NCBI GenBank assembly: GCA_965370965.1 | Contig: CBDUWQ010000003.1 | Location: 1-52,878 of the forward strand | From: an uncultured Bacteroidales bacterium | GTDB taxonomy: Bacteria > Bacteroidota > Bacteroidia > Bacteroidales > SZUA-534 | Length of the DNA stretch: 52,878 bases | Direction: 5' to 3' | Shown: one piece after another, positions 39,482-47,906 of the stretch | How positions within the stretch are numbered: position 1 is the first letter of the stretch | Layout of the letters: each line of letters starts with the position of its first letter | The notes under the pieces: model-generated | Told to the model about the DNA's origin: nothing | Databases searched by the model: none | Seen by the model: only the letters and a program-made list of their open reading frames with translations | Translations under genes and position numbers: made by a program

Positions 39482-39856
39482 TTAATTTTCAATAATTACT
39501 ATTGCGGTTGCATATTCTTTAGTATGTGATATTGATAAATGAATGTTTTTAACGTTCATTTGTTCAATAAATCCTTTTGTTTTTCCCGATAATTGAATAA
39601 TAGGTTTACCTAAATCATCATTAATTATTTCAATGTGATTAAAAGCTAAGCCATTTCGGCAGCCTGTTCCAATAGCTTTAAAAAAAGCTTCTTTTGCTGC
39701 AAAACGGCCTGCATAGTTTTGTTCTTTATATTTAAAATTTTCGCAATAAAAAATTTCTTTTTTGGTAAAGATATTATCAATAAAACCTTTGTCGCGTTCA
39801 ATCTGGTTCTTCATTCGACTAACTTCAATAATATCTGTCCCAATTCCTTTAATCAC
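39482..39856 (-). CDS. acpS: Holo-ACP synthase (4'-phosphopantetheinyl transferase)
   Basis: GIGTDIIE, RFAAKEAFFKA.GTG, GKP and LSISH motifs; GTG start. Confidence 0.95.
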   Translation of the reverse strand: MIKGIGTDIIEVSRMKNQIERDKGFIDNIFTKKEIFYCENFKYKEQNYAGRFAAKEAFFKAIGTGCRNGLAFNHIEIINDDLGKPIIQLSGKTKGFIEQMNVKNIHLSISHTKEYATAIVIIEN

Positions 39857-40173
39857 GGTAATTAAGCTTTTTTAAAATTTGCGTAAAGATAAAAAAATAA
39901 AGATGCATTTTTCATGATATTTATTGGCAATTATTCTCTTAATTATTATTGAAAAATTGTTATGTTTTCAAGCACAAAACAAACCTTTCTCGTAGCAGGT
40001 GTTCCACTTTATTAAATTAAGCGTAGTACTTTGACAATGACAGGAGCGGCGCACGCTGTCATGTCATATTTTCTTTCTCTTGGTAACCTATAATGAGCTT
40101 GTGTCAATTTTTAAAAGCGATTTCCTTGAGATAAGTCCTAATAATTTTTTATTATAAATTGAATTGCTACATT

Positions 40174-40308
40174 CAATGGTTCGTTAAATATTAAACCCTA
40201 CAATGGTTTCAAACCCTAGTAGGGTTGATAATCAAATAGTTGCAGTTTTATTTAAAATTTCATAACTTACTCTAATTCTGTAACTTATAAAAACATAACG
40301 AACTATTA
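40174..40308. mobile_element. Degenerate MITE-like element with internal palindrome
   Basis: Left end CAATGGTTCGTTAAAT and right end TAACGAACTATT (same family as 37896); inner AACCCTAC...GTAGGGTT. Confidence 0.5.
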
Positions 40309-40320
40309 TACATTTAAGCA

Positions 40321-41571
40321 ATGCTTCAATTCAAAAAAAACAAACAATATTACAAATTCTGCCTTTATGGTTTTTTTAAGAACTTAAAGTTTTTTGAGCC
40401 TTTTCTAATGCTCTTTTTTTTAGATAAGGGCATTACTTTTCTACAAATTGGCACTTTATATGCCATTCGCGAGTTGAGCATTAATTTACTTGAAATACCA
40501 ACCGGTGTAATTGCTGATGTATTGGGGCGCAAAAAAACCATGATTGTCTCATTTCTTGGTTATATATTATCGTTTGTGATTTTTTATATATCACCAAATT
40601 TTGGTTGGCTTGCTATTGCTATGCTGTTTTTTAGTTTTGGCGATGCTATGCGCACCGGAACCCACAAGGCCATGATATTTGACTATTTGAAAAACCAAGG
40701 ATGGATGTCTGAAAAGGTGATGTACTATGGGCATACCCGGTCGTGGTCGCAAATTGGGTCGGCTATTTCATCAATAATAGCAGCAGCAATTGTTATTTTT
40801 ACCGGCAATTACCGAATGGTGTTTTTGGTTTCAACCTTGCCATATATTGCCGATTTGATTTTAATATGGAGTTACCCAAAATCATTAGATGGGCCTTTAA
40901 AATCAACAAATAATGGAAGCGTATTGCAAAAAATCAAATTTCTTACCAAAAATACCGTTGCTTCATTTAAAATTAAATCACTTTGGGTAACAATTATAAA
41001 TTTATCAACCTATCAAGGGTACTTTAAGGCATTAAAAGATTATTTGCAGCCAATAATTGTGCTTGCCATAGGTTCAACTTATTTTTTAAAAGATACAAGT
41101 ACTGAAAACAATACAGCTATTGCAATAGGGGTAATTTATTTTTTTATTTATCTTATATCGTCGTTTTCATCAAGGCATTCGGGCAAAGTGGCAAGTTGGT
41201 TTAAAACTCCCGAAAGGGCAATAAACTATACTTTAGTTTTTGGCTTATTGGCAGGTTTGGTAAGTGGAGTGCTAATATTATATGAAAAAAGCAGTTGGGC
41301 TATTATTCTGTTTATAATAATTTTTATTATTCAAAACATACGTAAACCTATAGGTACAGGGATGGCTGCCGATAAGGTAAAAAATGAGGTTTTAGCTACG
41401 GGCTTGTCTATTCAGTCGCAAATTGATTCATTTTTTGCAGCAATTTTTGCTATTATAATCGGTTTTATGGTTGATGCTTTTGGAATTGGAAACGCTCTGT
41501 TTTTTCTTAGTTTATTTTTGTTAATTATACCTCTTTTTATGCAAATAAAACCCTCGACAAAAAACAGATAA
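40321..41571 (+). CDS. MFS transporter
   Basis: EIPTGVIADVLGRK (motif A); about 12 hydrophobic segments. Confidence 0.9.
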   Translation: MLQFKKNKQYYKFCLYGFFKNLKFFEPFLMLFFLDKGITFLQIGTLYAIRELSINLLEIPTGVIADVLGRKKTMIVSFLGYILSFVIFYISPNFGWLAIAMLFFSFGDAMRTGTHKAMIFDYLKNQGWMSEKVMYYGHTRSWSQIGSAISSIIAAAIVIFTGNYRMVFLVSTLPYIADLILIWSYPKSLDGPLKSTNNGSVLQKIKFLTKNTVASFKIKSLWVTIINLSTYQGYFKALKDYLQPIIVLAIGSTYFLKDTSTENNTAIAIGVIYFFIYLISSFSSRHSGKVASWFKTPERAINYTLVFGLLAGLVSGVLILYEKSSWAIILFIIIFIIQNIRKPIGTGMAADKVKNEVLATGLSIQSQIDSFFAAIFAIIIGFMVDAFGIGNALFFLSLFLLIIPLFMQIKPSTKNR

Positions 41572-41672
41572 TAACAACTATTTTAAAAAACCATTTTGCA
41601 TAATAAAATATTTTTGTAATTTGTAAGGCAATAGGGTAGAATTATATGAATGTTTAACTAAAAAATGAAATA

Positions 41673-42092
41673 ATGAAGAAACTTATTGTGTTTGTTGCAG
41701 GACTGTTTATTATGTCGGGTTTGTTTGCCCAAGGTAATGTTACGGGTATATGGAAAACTATTGATGATGAAACCGGAAAGATGAAATCATTTGTAGAGAT
41801 AACTATAAAAGATGGGAAATTGAATGGAACTATTGTGAAGTTAAAACCCGATACCGACCCAAATAAAGTTTGCACCGAATGTACCGATCATAGAAAAGGA
41901 AAAAAAATTCTTGGTATGGAGATAATTACCGGTTTGGAAATTGATGATGAGGTTTGGGAGGGCGACGATGGTATATTAGACCCAGATAACGGTAAATTAT
42001 ATGATTGCAAAATTTGGGAAGAGGACGGCAAACTGCAAGTACGCGGATATATTGGTTTTTTCTTTCGTACACAGGAGTGGGTAAGACCTTAA
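41673..42092 (+). CDS. DUF2147 family secreted protein
   Basis: Signal peptide, G.WKTIDD.TG, C..C, ILDP.NGK.Y, VRGYIG and RTQ.W motifs. Confidence 0.88.
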   Translation: MKKLIVFVAGLFIMSGLFAQGNVTGIWKTIDDETGKMKSFVEITIKDGKLNGTIVKLKPDTDPNKVCTECTDHRKGKKILGMEIITGLEIDDEVWEGDDGILDPDNGKLYDCKIWEEDGKLQVRGYIGFFFRTQEWVRP

Positions 42093-42263
42093 TTAGAGTC
42101 TGTCCATAAAGTCCGATTTCTTTGTTACACTTGCCAATAAAATAGTCATTTACGAAAAGCAAACTCCTATTTTATTGACTTCGCAAGCCCTGTCCGACTA
42201 ATTCGTTCAGGCTGGCTCGAACTCGAACTTTCTGAACAAACTTTAATTATAGACAGGCTATAA
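42093..42263. mobile_element. MITE-like element (tandem copy 1)
   Basis: TIR TTAGAGTCTGTCCATAA / TTATAGACAGGCTATAA (14/17). Confidence 0.6.
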
Positions 42264-42460
42264 TTAGAGTTTGACTATAAACAAGTTATCAATATTGCAT
42301 TCCAATAATAATTTCATTTCCAATTCAATTTCTATGCTTGGAATGATAAACTGTTGGTTATTACTCATTCTTGGGGTTAAAACCTCGAGCTAATGATTAT
42401 GCTCACTTCAGGGCTTAGTTGTTCTATCATTAAAAAGCTGATTTTATAGACAAACTCTGA
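42264..42460. mobile_element. MITE-like element (tandem copy 2)
   Basis: TIR TTAGAGTTTGACTATAAA / TTTATAGACAAACTCTGA (16/18), abutting copy 1. Confidence 0.65.
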
Positions 42461-42515
42461 TTAGTCTTAGTTAAAGGTAGAGTTTTAAGACAAGTATTAA
42501 TTAAAATAATAAGTC

Positions 42516-43293
42516 ATGAAAAAGTTATTATTATTTTCTTTTCTATTTGTATTACAAACAGAATCACAAGAAAAGATTGATAATTATTCATTTATGAAGT
42601 TATATGTAACAAATGAAAATGGGGAGGTTTTATTAATAACCTGAGTTCGATTTAAAATACGGTCACAGTTTGAGCTGGGTTTGAGTATAAATTTCACCAA
42701 ATCCTCTTGCAATATTCCAATATTGCAAGAGGATTTGGTGAAATTTATGCCAAAAGCAGCCAAATTCTTTGAAAAAGTCCTGCTCACGCCATCTTTGCAC
42801 TGAAAATTTTTCAGAATTCTCAGCACAAATCTGTCATAAACATAACTTTCTGTGATTCTTATTTTAATTCGAACTCAGGTTAATAGGTGGCGGAGATAGT
42901 TGGGAGATTACCGGGGCAAGATACAATGATTCACTCTCAATAAATGATTTTGTTTACTGGATGGGAGAAAGAATGGGAGTAAAAATTAAGAATATCAGGC
43001 TTCGTGGATTGTTGACATTTCATTATGCTTGGAGAAGCAACCCAACATTAATGCATTACTATACTGCTGAGTATAAAAGTGGAAAAATTGTTTTACCCGA
43101 AGGGTGTGAAGAAATAAAGTGGGTAAAGAATGATGAAACACAAAAACTTATTCCATACGATGAAATGAATAAGATTATTTGGAAAATTAATGAGTGTGAT
43201 TATTTATTTGGAGGTAGTTTTCGAATAGAAAGGGAATCCAAAACAAATAAAAGAAATAGTAGGGCAATTGAAGAATTTTATAGACTTAATTGA
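42516..43293 (+). pseudogene. Secreted Nudix-fold-like protein interrupted by a MITE
   Basis: 5' part MKKLLLFSFLF...KLYVTNENGEVLLI (42516-42638) rejoins in frame with GGGDSWEITGARY...MGERMGVK once the insertion is removed. Confidence 0.75.
42639..42880. mobile_element. MITE (242 bp) with long internal hairpin
   Basis: TIR ACCTGAGTTCGA / TCGAACTCAGGT, flanking TAATA direct repeat, and an internal perfect ~30-bp inverted repeat. Confidence 0.88.
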
Positions 43294-43298
43294 AGCAT

Positions 43299-43332
43299 AA
43301 AAAAGGTTGCAATTTGTAAGTGCAGCCTTTTT
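43299..43332. terminator. Bidirectional terminator-like hairpin
   Basis: AAAAAAGGTTGCA...TGCAGCCTTTTT between convergent genes. Confidence 0.65.
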
Positions 43333-43340
43333 AGTAATAT

Positions 43341-43766
43341 CTAAGAATCTTCATCGGAAAACAGTAAACGTAATTTTGATTTTAATGAACTTGGTTTTAC
43401 CTCAAAAGCCAGGTTTATATTTTTTAGGGTTTTAAGTTTGTTTAATAAATCATTTGATTGAAATACGCCCTCAATTTTAATCCAATAATCAACCTGCTTT
43501 TGCTCTTCAATTAAAAAGCCTTGTGGGCTTTTGTTGCATATTAAATAAAAACTTGAACTATTATCAGGGCAGAAACAGAATTTTGGGAATTTTTGAACAA
43601 TTTGTCTTTTTACATGATATGCCTGCATTGGCTGGCTCTCCTTTAATTGTATGTTGAGCAATTCATTAATTAACCAACTTGCCCTGTAAAGCGGCTCAGA
43701 GGTAACTAATCCAATAAGTGTAAAGTTAAAATCGGGTTTAATATTTAATTTTATTTGTTTGCCCAT
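43341..43766 (-). CDS. IPExxxVDY family protein
   Basis: F.LIG, YR..W.IN, NK and LIEEQKQVDY variant motif. Confidence 0.8.
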   Translation of the reverse strand: MGKQIKLNIKPDFNFTLIGLVTSEPLYRASWLINELLNIQLKESQPMQAYHVKRQIVQKFPKFCFCPDNSSSFYLICNKSPQGFLIEEQKQVDYWIKIEGVFQSNDLLNKLKTLKNINLAFEVKPSSLKSKLRLLFSDEDS

Positions 43767-43775
43767 ATTTTATTA

Positions 43776-45299
43776 TTACTTAATTTTAGCTATAGCCTTT
43801 TCAATACGCTTTACAGTTTCAGCTTGCCCAATTGTTTCAATTATCTCAAAAAGGTCGGGACCTTTGCCTGCTCCAACAATGCATAATCTTAAGACATTCA
43901 TTATGGCACCAAAACCCAACTCGTTTTTTTCAATATATTCGGCAACTGCATGTTTTGCATTTGCAGCATTAAAATTATCAACATTTTTTATAATTTCAGC
44001 AGTATCAGTCATTTGTTTTGGTGTATTCTCTTTCCAGCGTTTTTTCACAATTTTTGCATCGTATTCGGATGGGGCTTCAAAAAAGAAATTTGACTGCTCC
44101 CACAAATCTTTAACAAAAACTGCCCTCTCTTTAACCATACCAACTACTTTTTCAATTAGCCGGGTATCGGCTTTTATACCTTTTTCATTTAAAACAGTAA
44201 TAAAAAGTTTGCCAATTTCGGTATTGTTTTTATTTATCATGTATTGATGGTTGAACCATTCGGCTTTTTTAGGGTCGAATTTTGCGCCAGATTTTGTAAC
44301 CCTTTCAAGGCTAAACTGCTCAATTAATTCATCCATTGTAAAAATCTCTTGTTCGGTTCCCGGGTTCCAGCCCAATAGTGCTAAAAGGTTAACAAAGGCA
44401 TCGGCAAAATACCCTTCTTCGCGGTAACCCGATGCTGTGTCGCCGTTTGGAGCTTTCCAAAATAGCGGAAATACGGGAAAACCAAGTTTATCACCATCGC
44501 GCTTGCTAAGTTTTCCATTGCCTGATGGTTTAAGTAGTAGTGGCAAATGTGCAAATTCGGGCATTGTGCTCTCAAAGCCCAAAGCTTTATACAGTAATAT
44601 GTGCAATGGGAGTGAAGGTAGCCACTCTTCGCCACGAATTACGTGCGAAATCTTCATTAAATGGTCGTCAACAATATTTGCAAGGTGGTAGGTAGGCAAA
44701 CCATCTGATTTAAATAGAACCTTATCATCAAGTGTATCGGTATTTACACGTACCTCGCCACGAATAATATCGTGCATAACCACCTCATGGTTTTCTGGCA
44801 TTTTAAACCTGATTACATAAGGTTTACCTGCTTGTATTTTTGCTGATACTTCCTTGTCAGAAAGGTTAAGTGAATTGTTTAGCTTATTGCGGGTTTTGGT
44901 ATTATATGTAAAAGTATTTTTATTTACTTCAGCTTTTTTTCGGTGTGCTTCTAACTCCTCGGCAGTATCAAAAGCATAATAGGCATTGCCACTTTTAATT
45001 AAACTATCGGCATATTTTTCATATATCTCTTTTCGTTCCGATTGCCTGTATGGTCCAAATTTGCCTCCTTCACGAATCCCTTCGTCAACTTTAATGCCAC
45101 ACCATGTAAGGCTCTCCATAATATACTCTTCGGCTCCTTTTACAAAGCGGGTTTGGTCGGTATCTTCAATCCTCAACAAAAAATCGCCACCATGCTTTTT
45201 TGCAAACAGGTAGTTAAAAAGGGCTGTTCTTACACCGCCAATATGTAAAGGTCCTGTAGGGCTTGGTGCAAAACGCACACGTACTTTTTTATTGCTCAT
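43776..45299 (-). CDS. gltX: Glutamate--tRNA ligase
   Basis: RFAPSPTG.LHIGG, RIEDTD, HVIRGEEW and KLSKR motifs. Confidence 0.98.
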   Translation of the reverse strand: MSNKKVRVRFAPSPTGPLHIGGVRTALFNYLFAKKHGGDFLLRIEDTDQTRFVKGAEEYIMESLTWCGIKVDEGIREGGKFGPYRQSERKEIYEKYADSLIKSGNAYYAFDTAEELEAHRKKAEVNKNTFTYNTKTRNKLNNSLNLSDKEVSAKIQAGKPYVIRFKMPENHEVVMHDIIRGEVRVNTDTLDDKVLFKSDGLPTYHLANIVDDHLMKISHVIRGEEWLPSLPLHILLYKALGFESTMPEFAHLPLLLKPSGNGKLSKRDGDKLGFPVFPLFWKAPNGDTASGYREEGYFADAFVNLLALLGWNPGTEQEIFTMDELIEQFSLERVTKSGAKFDPKKAEWFNHQYMINKNNTEIGKLFITVLNEKGIKADTRLIEKVVGMVKERAVFVKDLWEQSNFFFEAPSEYDAKIVKKRWKENTPKQMTDTAEIIKNVDNFNAANAKHAVAEYIEKNELGFGAIMNVLRLCIVGAGKGPDLFEIIETIGQAETVKRIEKAIAKIK

Positions 45300-45316
45300 A
45301 GTTATTAAATTTTAGG

Positions 45317-45324
45317 CAAAGGTA
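45317..45324 (-). promoter_or_regulatory. Bacteroidota -7 box of gltX
   Basis: TACCTTTG, 17 bp upstream of the ATG. Confidence 0.65.
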
Positions 45325-45378
45325 TTATTTCAATGAATAATGGATAATGAATATTGAATAAATTTTTAGTTAATATAC

Positions 45379-45542
45379 AAATCCGCAAGCGGATTATCTC
45401 TATCCACTAATTACACGAACCCGCCTGCTTATGGCATTAGGGCAAGATGCCACGAATTTTAATTCTCTTAATAGGTAAATTAATTATTGTGCAAATTCTA
45501 CATTGGCATTATACCAGTAATTTTGATTTTAAAATGGTATAA
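45379..45542. repeat. Stack of dispersed repeats (copies of 1556-1610 and 22223-22270)
   Basis: Direct sequence similarity to both earlier loci. Confidence 0.75.
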
Positions 45543-45551
45543 TTTGAAGAA

Positions 45552-45905
45552 CTACAAATTTTTAAGTTCTTCCCATAGCTTTTTTGGTAACGATTTAACT
45601 ACCAAATCGTAGCTGTCATCAATCCATTCTTTTATTAATTTGCTTGATATGCTACCGTCAATATTTACTGTATTCCAATGTTTTTTGTGCATATGGTATC
45701 CGGGTAAAACTGATGCAAATTGCTCCCTTAGCTCTATTGCTTTTGCGGGGTCGCATTTTAGGTTTATGCTTAAATCGCCCTCTAAATGCGTAAGGGCAAA
45801 CATTTTATTCATTACTTTAAAAACAAGGGTTGTTTTATCAAAGGGGAACGATTCTGTAGCACCTTTTTTTGTTATACAATAGTCTCTTAATTCTTCAATA
45901 TTCAT
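45552..45905 (-). CDS. MmcQ/YjbR family DNA-binding protein
   Basis: E.FPF, VFKV..KMFA, NLKCDP, PGYHM.KKHWN and DSY.LV motifs. Confidence 0.92.
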   Translation of the reverse strand: MNIEELRDYCITKKGATESFPFDKTTLVFKVMNKMFALTHLEGDLSINLKCDPAKAIELREQFASVLPGYHMHKKHWNTVNIDGSISSKLIKEWIDDSYDLVVKSLPKKLWEELKNL

Positions 45906-45932
45906 GGTTTCCAGCTTTTAATTGCAATATAC

Positions 45933-45964
45933 AAAAAAGGCATCCAAACATGGATGCCTTTTTT
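45933..45964. terminator. Intrinsic terminator
   Basis: AAAAAAGGCATCCA-loop-TGGATGCCTTTTTT. Confidence 0.8.
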
Positions 45965-45983
45965 GTATTATAATATTGTATTA

Positions 45984-46436
45984 TTAATCTAACAATGGTA
46001 TTTCCAACACCTGAACACGTTGTATGGCAGTAATTTGCTCCTCGATTTGTACAAAGCGGAATGCTTTTTTAGCTCCTAATACCTTTGCAATTTTCTTTTG
46101 GTACTGGTTCAGCAATTTAAGATCGGTCTGTTGTTTCTTCATTACATTATTAATAATTTCAGTGGCCTTTTCATCAGTCATTGTTTCAAAATTTTCAGCA
46201 ATGTCCATCATGTTTTTTAATGATGCTTCAAAAGTAGATGACTTTTTAACTTCATACTCCTCATAAATAGGCCAAAACAGTTTAGACTCGTCATCGGTTA
46301 AATTCATATTTTGACTAAATACTGCTTTGCGCTCAATTGTCATACCTGATTTTGCCAAGGCAATATCGCCGGCCGATTGAGCCATAATTGTTATTGAAAA
46401 TAATAGTGCTACTGCACCGAGAATAGTTTTTTTCAT
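45984..46436 (-). CDS. Hypothetical helical periplasmic protein
   Basis: Signal peptide; LT..E...FWPIY.EY and F.Q.E motifs. Confidence 0.75.
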   Translation of the reverse strand: MKKTILGAVALLFSITIMAQSAGDIALAKSGMTIERKAVFSQNMNLTDDESKLFWPIYEEYEVKKSSTFEASLKNMMDIAENFETMTDEKATEIINNVMKKQQTDLKLLNQYQKKIAKVLGAKKAFRFVQIEEQITAIQRVQVLEIPLLD

Positions 46437-46461
46437 TTTTTAAATTAGTTGTTAATTATTA

Positions 46462-47052
46462 TTAAAAATTTTCCCAAGCTATACCAATTCCAAAACTCAA
46501 ATATGAGGTTGGTTGTAGTTTTGATGTTTTAATGCCATAGGTGTATTTTGCGTTTACAAAAAACATTCCTCCGTTGCCTACGGGTATAAATGCGCCAACC
46601 TCGGGGGTAAAACCAAGTTGCCAGTTATTATCTGTAAAGGCATTAAAAGAGCCAACGTCTTTACGCTCCTCTTTCCAAATGGTGCCAACTCCTGTTCCAA
46701 TATATGGACGAATTTCTCCATCTTTGCCAAAATAGTAATGGCCGTTAAACATAATAGGCATATAATTGCCGTAGTTATAATGGTTGCCGGTTACGGTAAC
46801 ATTATCTTCAATTACAGTTATGTTTTTTTCGCTATTGTAAAAAATATTCCAAGTCCAACTACCACCAAATGTAACATTTTGGTTAATAAATCCTCTGCCA
46901 TCAATACCAAAACCTCTAAAGCTTGTTTTGTCAACAAATTCTTTTGTGTCGCCCATTGGTACCGATATGTTGTAGGTAACATTCCATAGCGATTGGGCAT
47001 TTACAGTTAACCCTGCTATTGTAAAAATAATAATTGCTATATATTTTTTCAT
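46462..47052 (-). CDS. Outer-membrane beta-barrel protein (OmpW/OmpA-like 8-strand)
   Basis: Signal peptide, RPYIG.G.G, G..PE.G and C-terminal Phe. Confidence 0.8.
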   Translation of the reverse strand: MKKYIAIIIFTIAGLTVNAQSLWNVTYNISVPMGDTKEFVDKTSFRGFGIDGRGFINQNVTFGGSWTWNIFYNSEKNITVIEDNVTVTGNHYNYGNYMPIMFNGHYYFGKDGEIRPYIGTGVGTIWKEERKDVGSFNAFTDNNWQLGFTPEVGAFIPVGNGGMFFVNAKYTYGIKTSKLQPTSYLSFGIGIAWENF

Positions 47053-47070
47053 TTTTGTATCCTCCTATTA

Positions 47071-47778
47071 TTAATTTAAGTATGGCGATTGTTTAAAACA
47101 CTTATCAACCTGTGTAGTAATTCTATTTTTTTGATCAGTAGTATTACCAGAAAGAATACCGTTCATAACACCGTTCCAAACTACCGGTAGTTTAACTTTG
47201 TCATCCTCCTCCTCAATTGATTTTACATCAATCATATCAATAAAAATAGTACCTGTTGTATAGGCGTAATAGGTGCCACCATACCATGGATAATACGGAT
47301 AGTAATAGTAATTTGTATTATCAGCCGATTTTAGCGAGCCTGCTTTTTTATACCAGCCATAACCCCAGCCCCAATAGCCATACCAAGGGTAATAGCTTGT
47401 GTAGTAGTGCTCTGTTTCCATAACAGTTGTAGTAACTACCAAATCAACATCGTCGGGATTTATTCCTTCATTAATTAATTCCATACTGTCTTTTACAACA
47501 TAAACAATAAATTTAGTATTCTCTTTAAGATTTCTTTCAATCTCTTTTAGCATGTGAGCATCATTAACACCCTCTTTTGGTTCTTTATCTTCGTCCACTA
47601 CGTGCATTACGGTATCAAAAAGTACGCAAACCATATCTTGTTCAAATGTAAATTTATCATCGTACCGCGTTACCGCCACATCGGTGTCGGAGTAGTAAAT
47701 ATCCTCATTAGGATAGCATCCAAACAGCATTATGCTTACAAATACTGCCATTGAAAATAGTTTAATTGTAGATTTCAT
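47071..47778 (-). CDS. DUF4136-like lipoprotein
   Basis: Lipobox LFGC, Tyr/Trp/Gly-rich segment, YTTGT..IDM.D, VW.G and F.QSPYL. ATG at 47778 preferred. Confidence 0.8.
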   Translation of the reverse strand: MKSTIKLFSMAVFVSIMLFGCYPNEDIYYSDTDVAVTRYDDKFTFEQDMVCVLFDTVMHVVDEDKEPKEGVNDAHMLKEIERNLKENTKFIVYVVKDSMELINEGINPDDVDLVVTTTVMETEHYYTSYYPWYGYWGWGYGWYKKAGSLKSADNTNYYYYPYYPWYGGTYYAYTTGTIFIDMIDVKSIEEEDDKVKLPVVWNGVMNGILSGNTTDQKNRITTQVDKCFKQSPYLN

Positions 47779-47906
47779 TTTTTTCAAAATTTAATTTAGT
47801 TTAATTGTATGCATTAACATTTAATATGTAAGAATGTTTATTTATTTGATTGTTGGTTTGACAAATAAAAGTTTTTTTTGCATTTATTCCAAATAAAAGT
47901 AGTGTG

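Noticed and set aside
42584-42826. 80-aa minus-strand ORF as a possible transposase fragment
   Set aside because: It lies mostly across the MITE and its hairpin and has no DDE or HUH motif.
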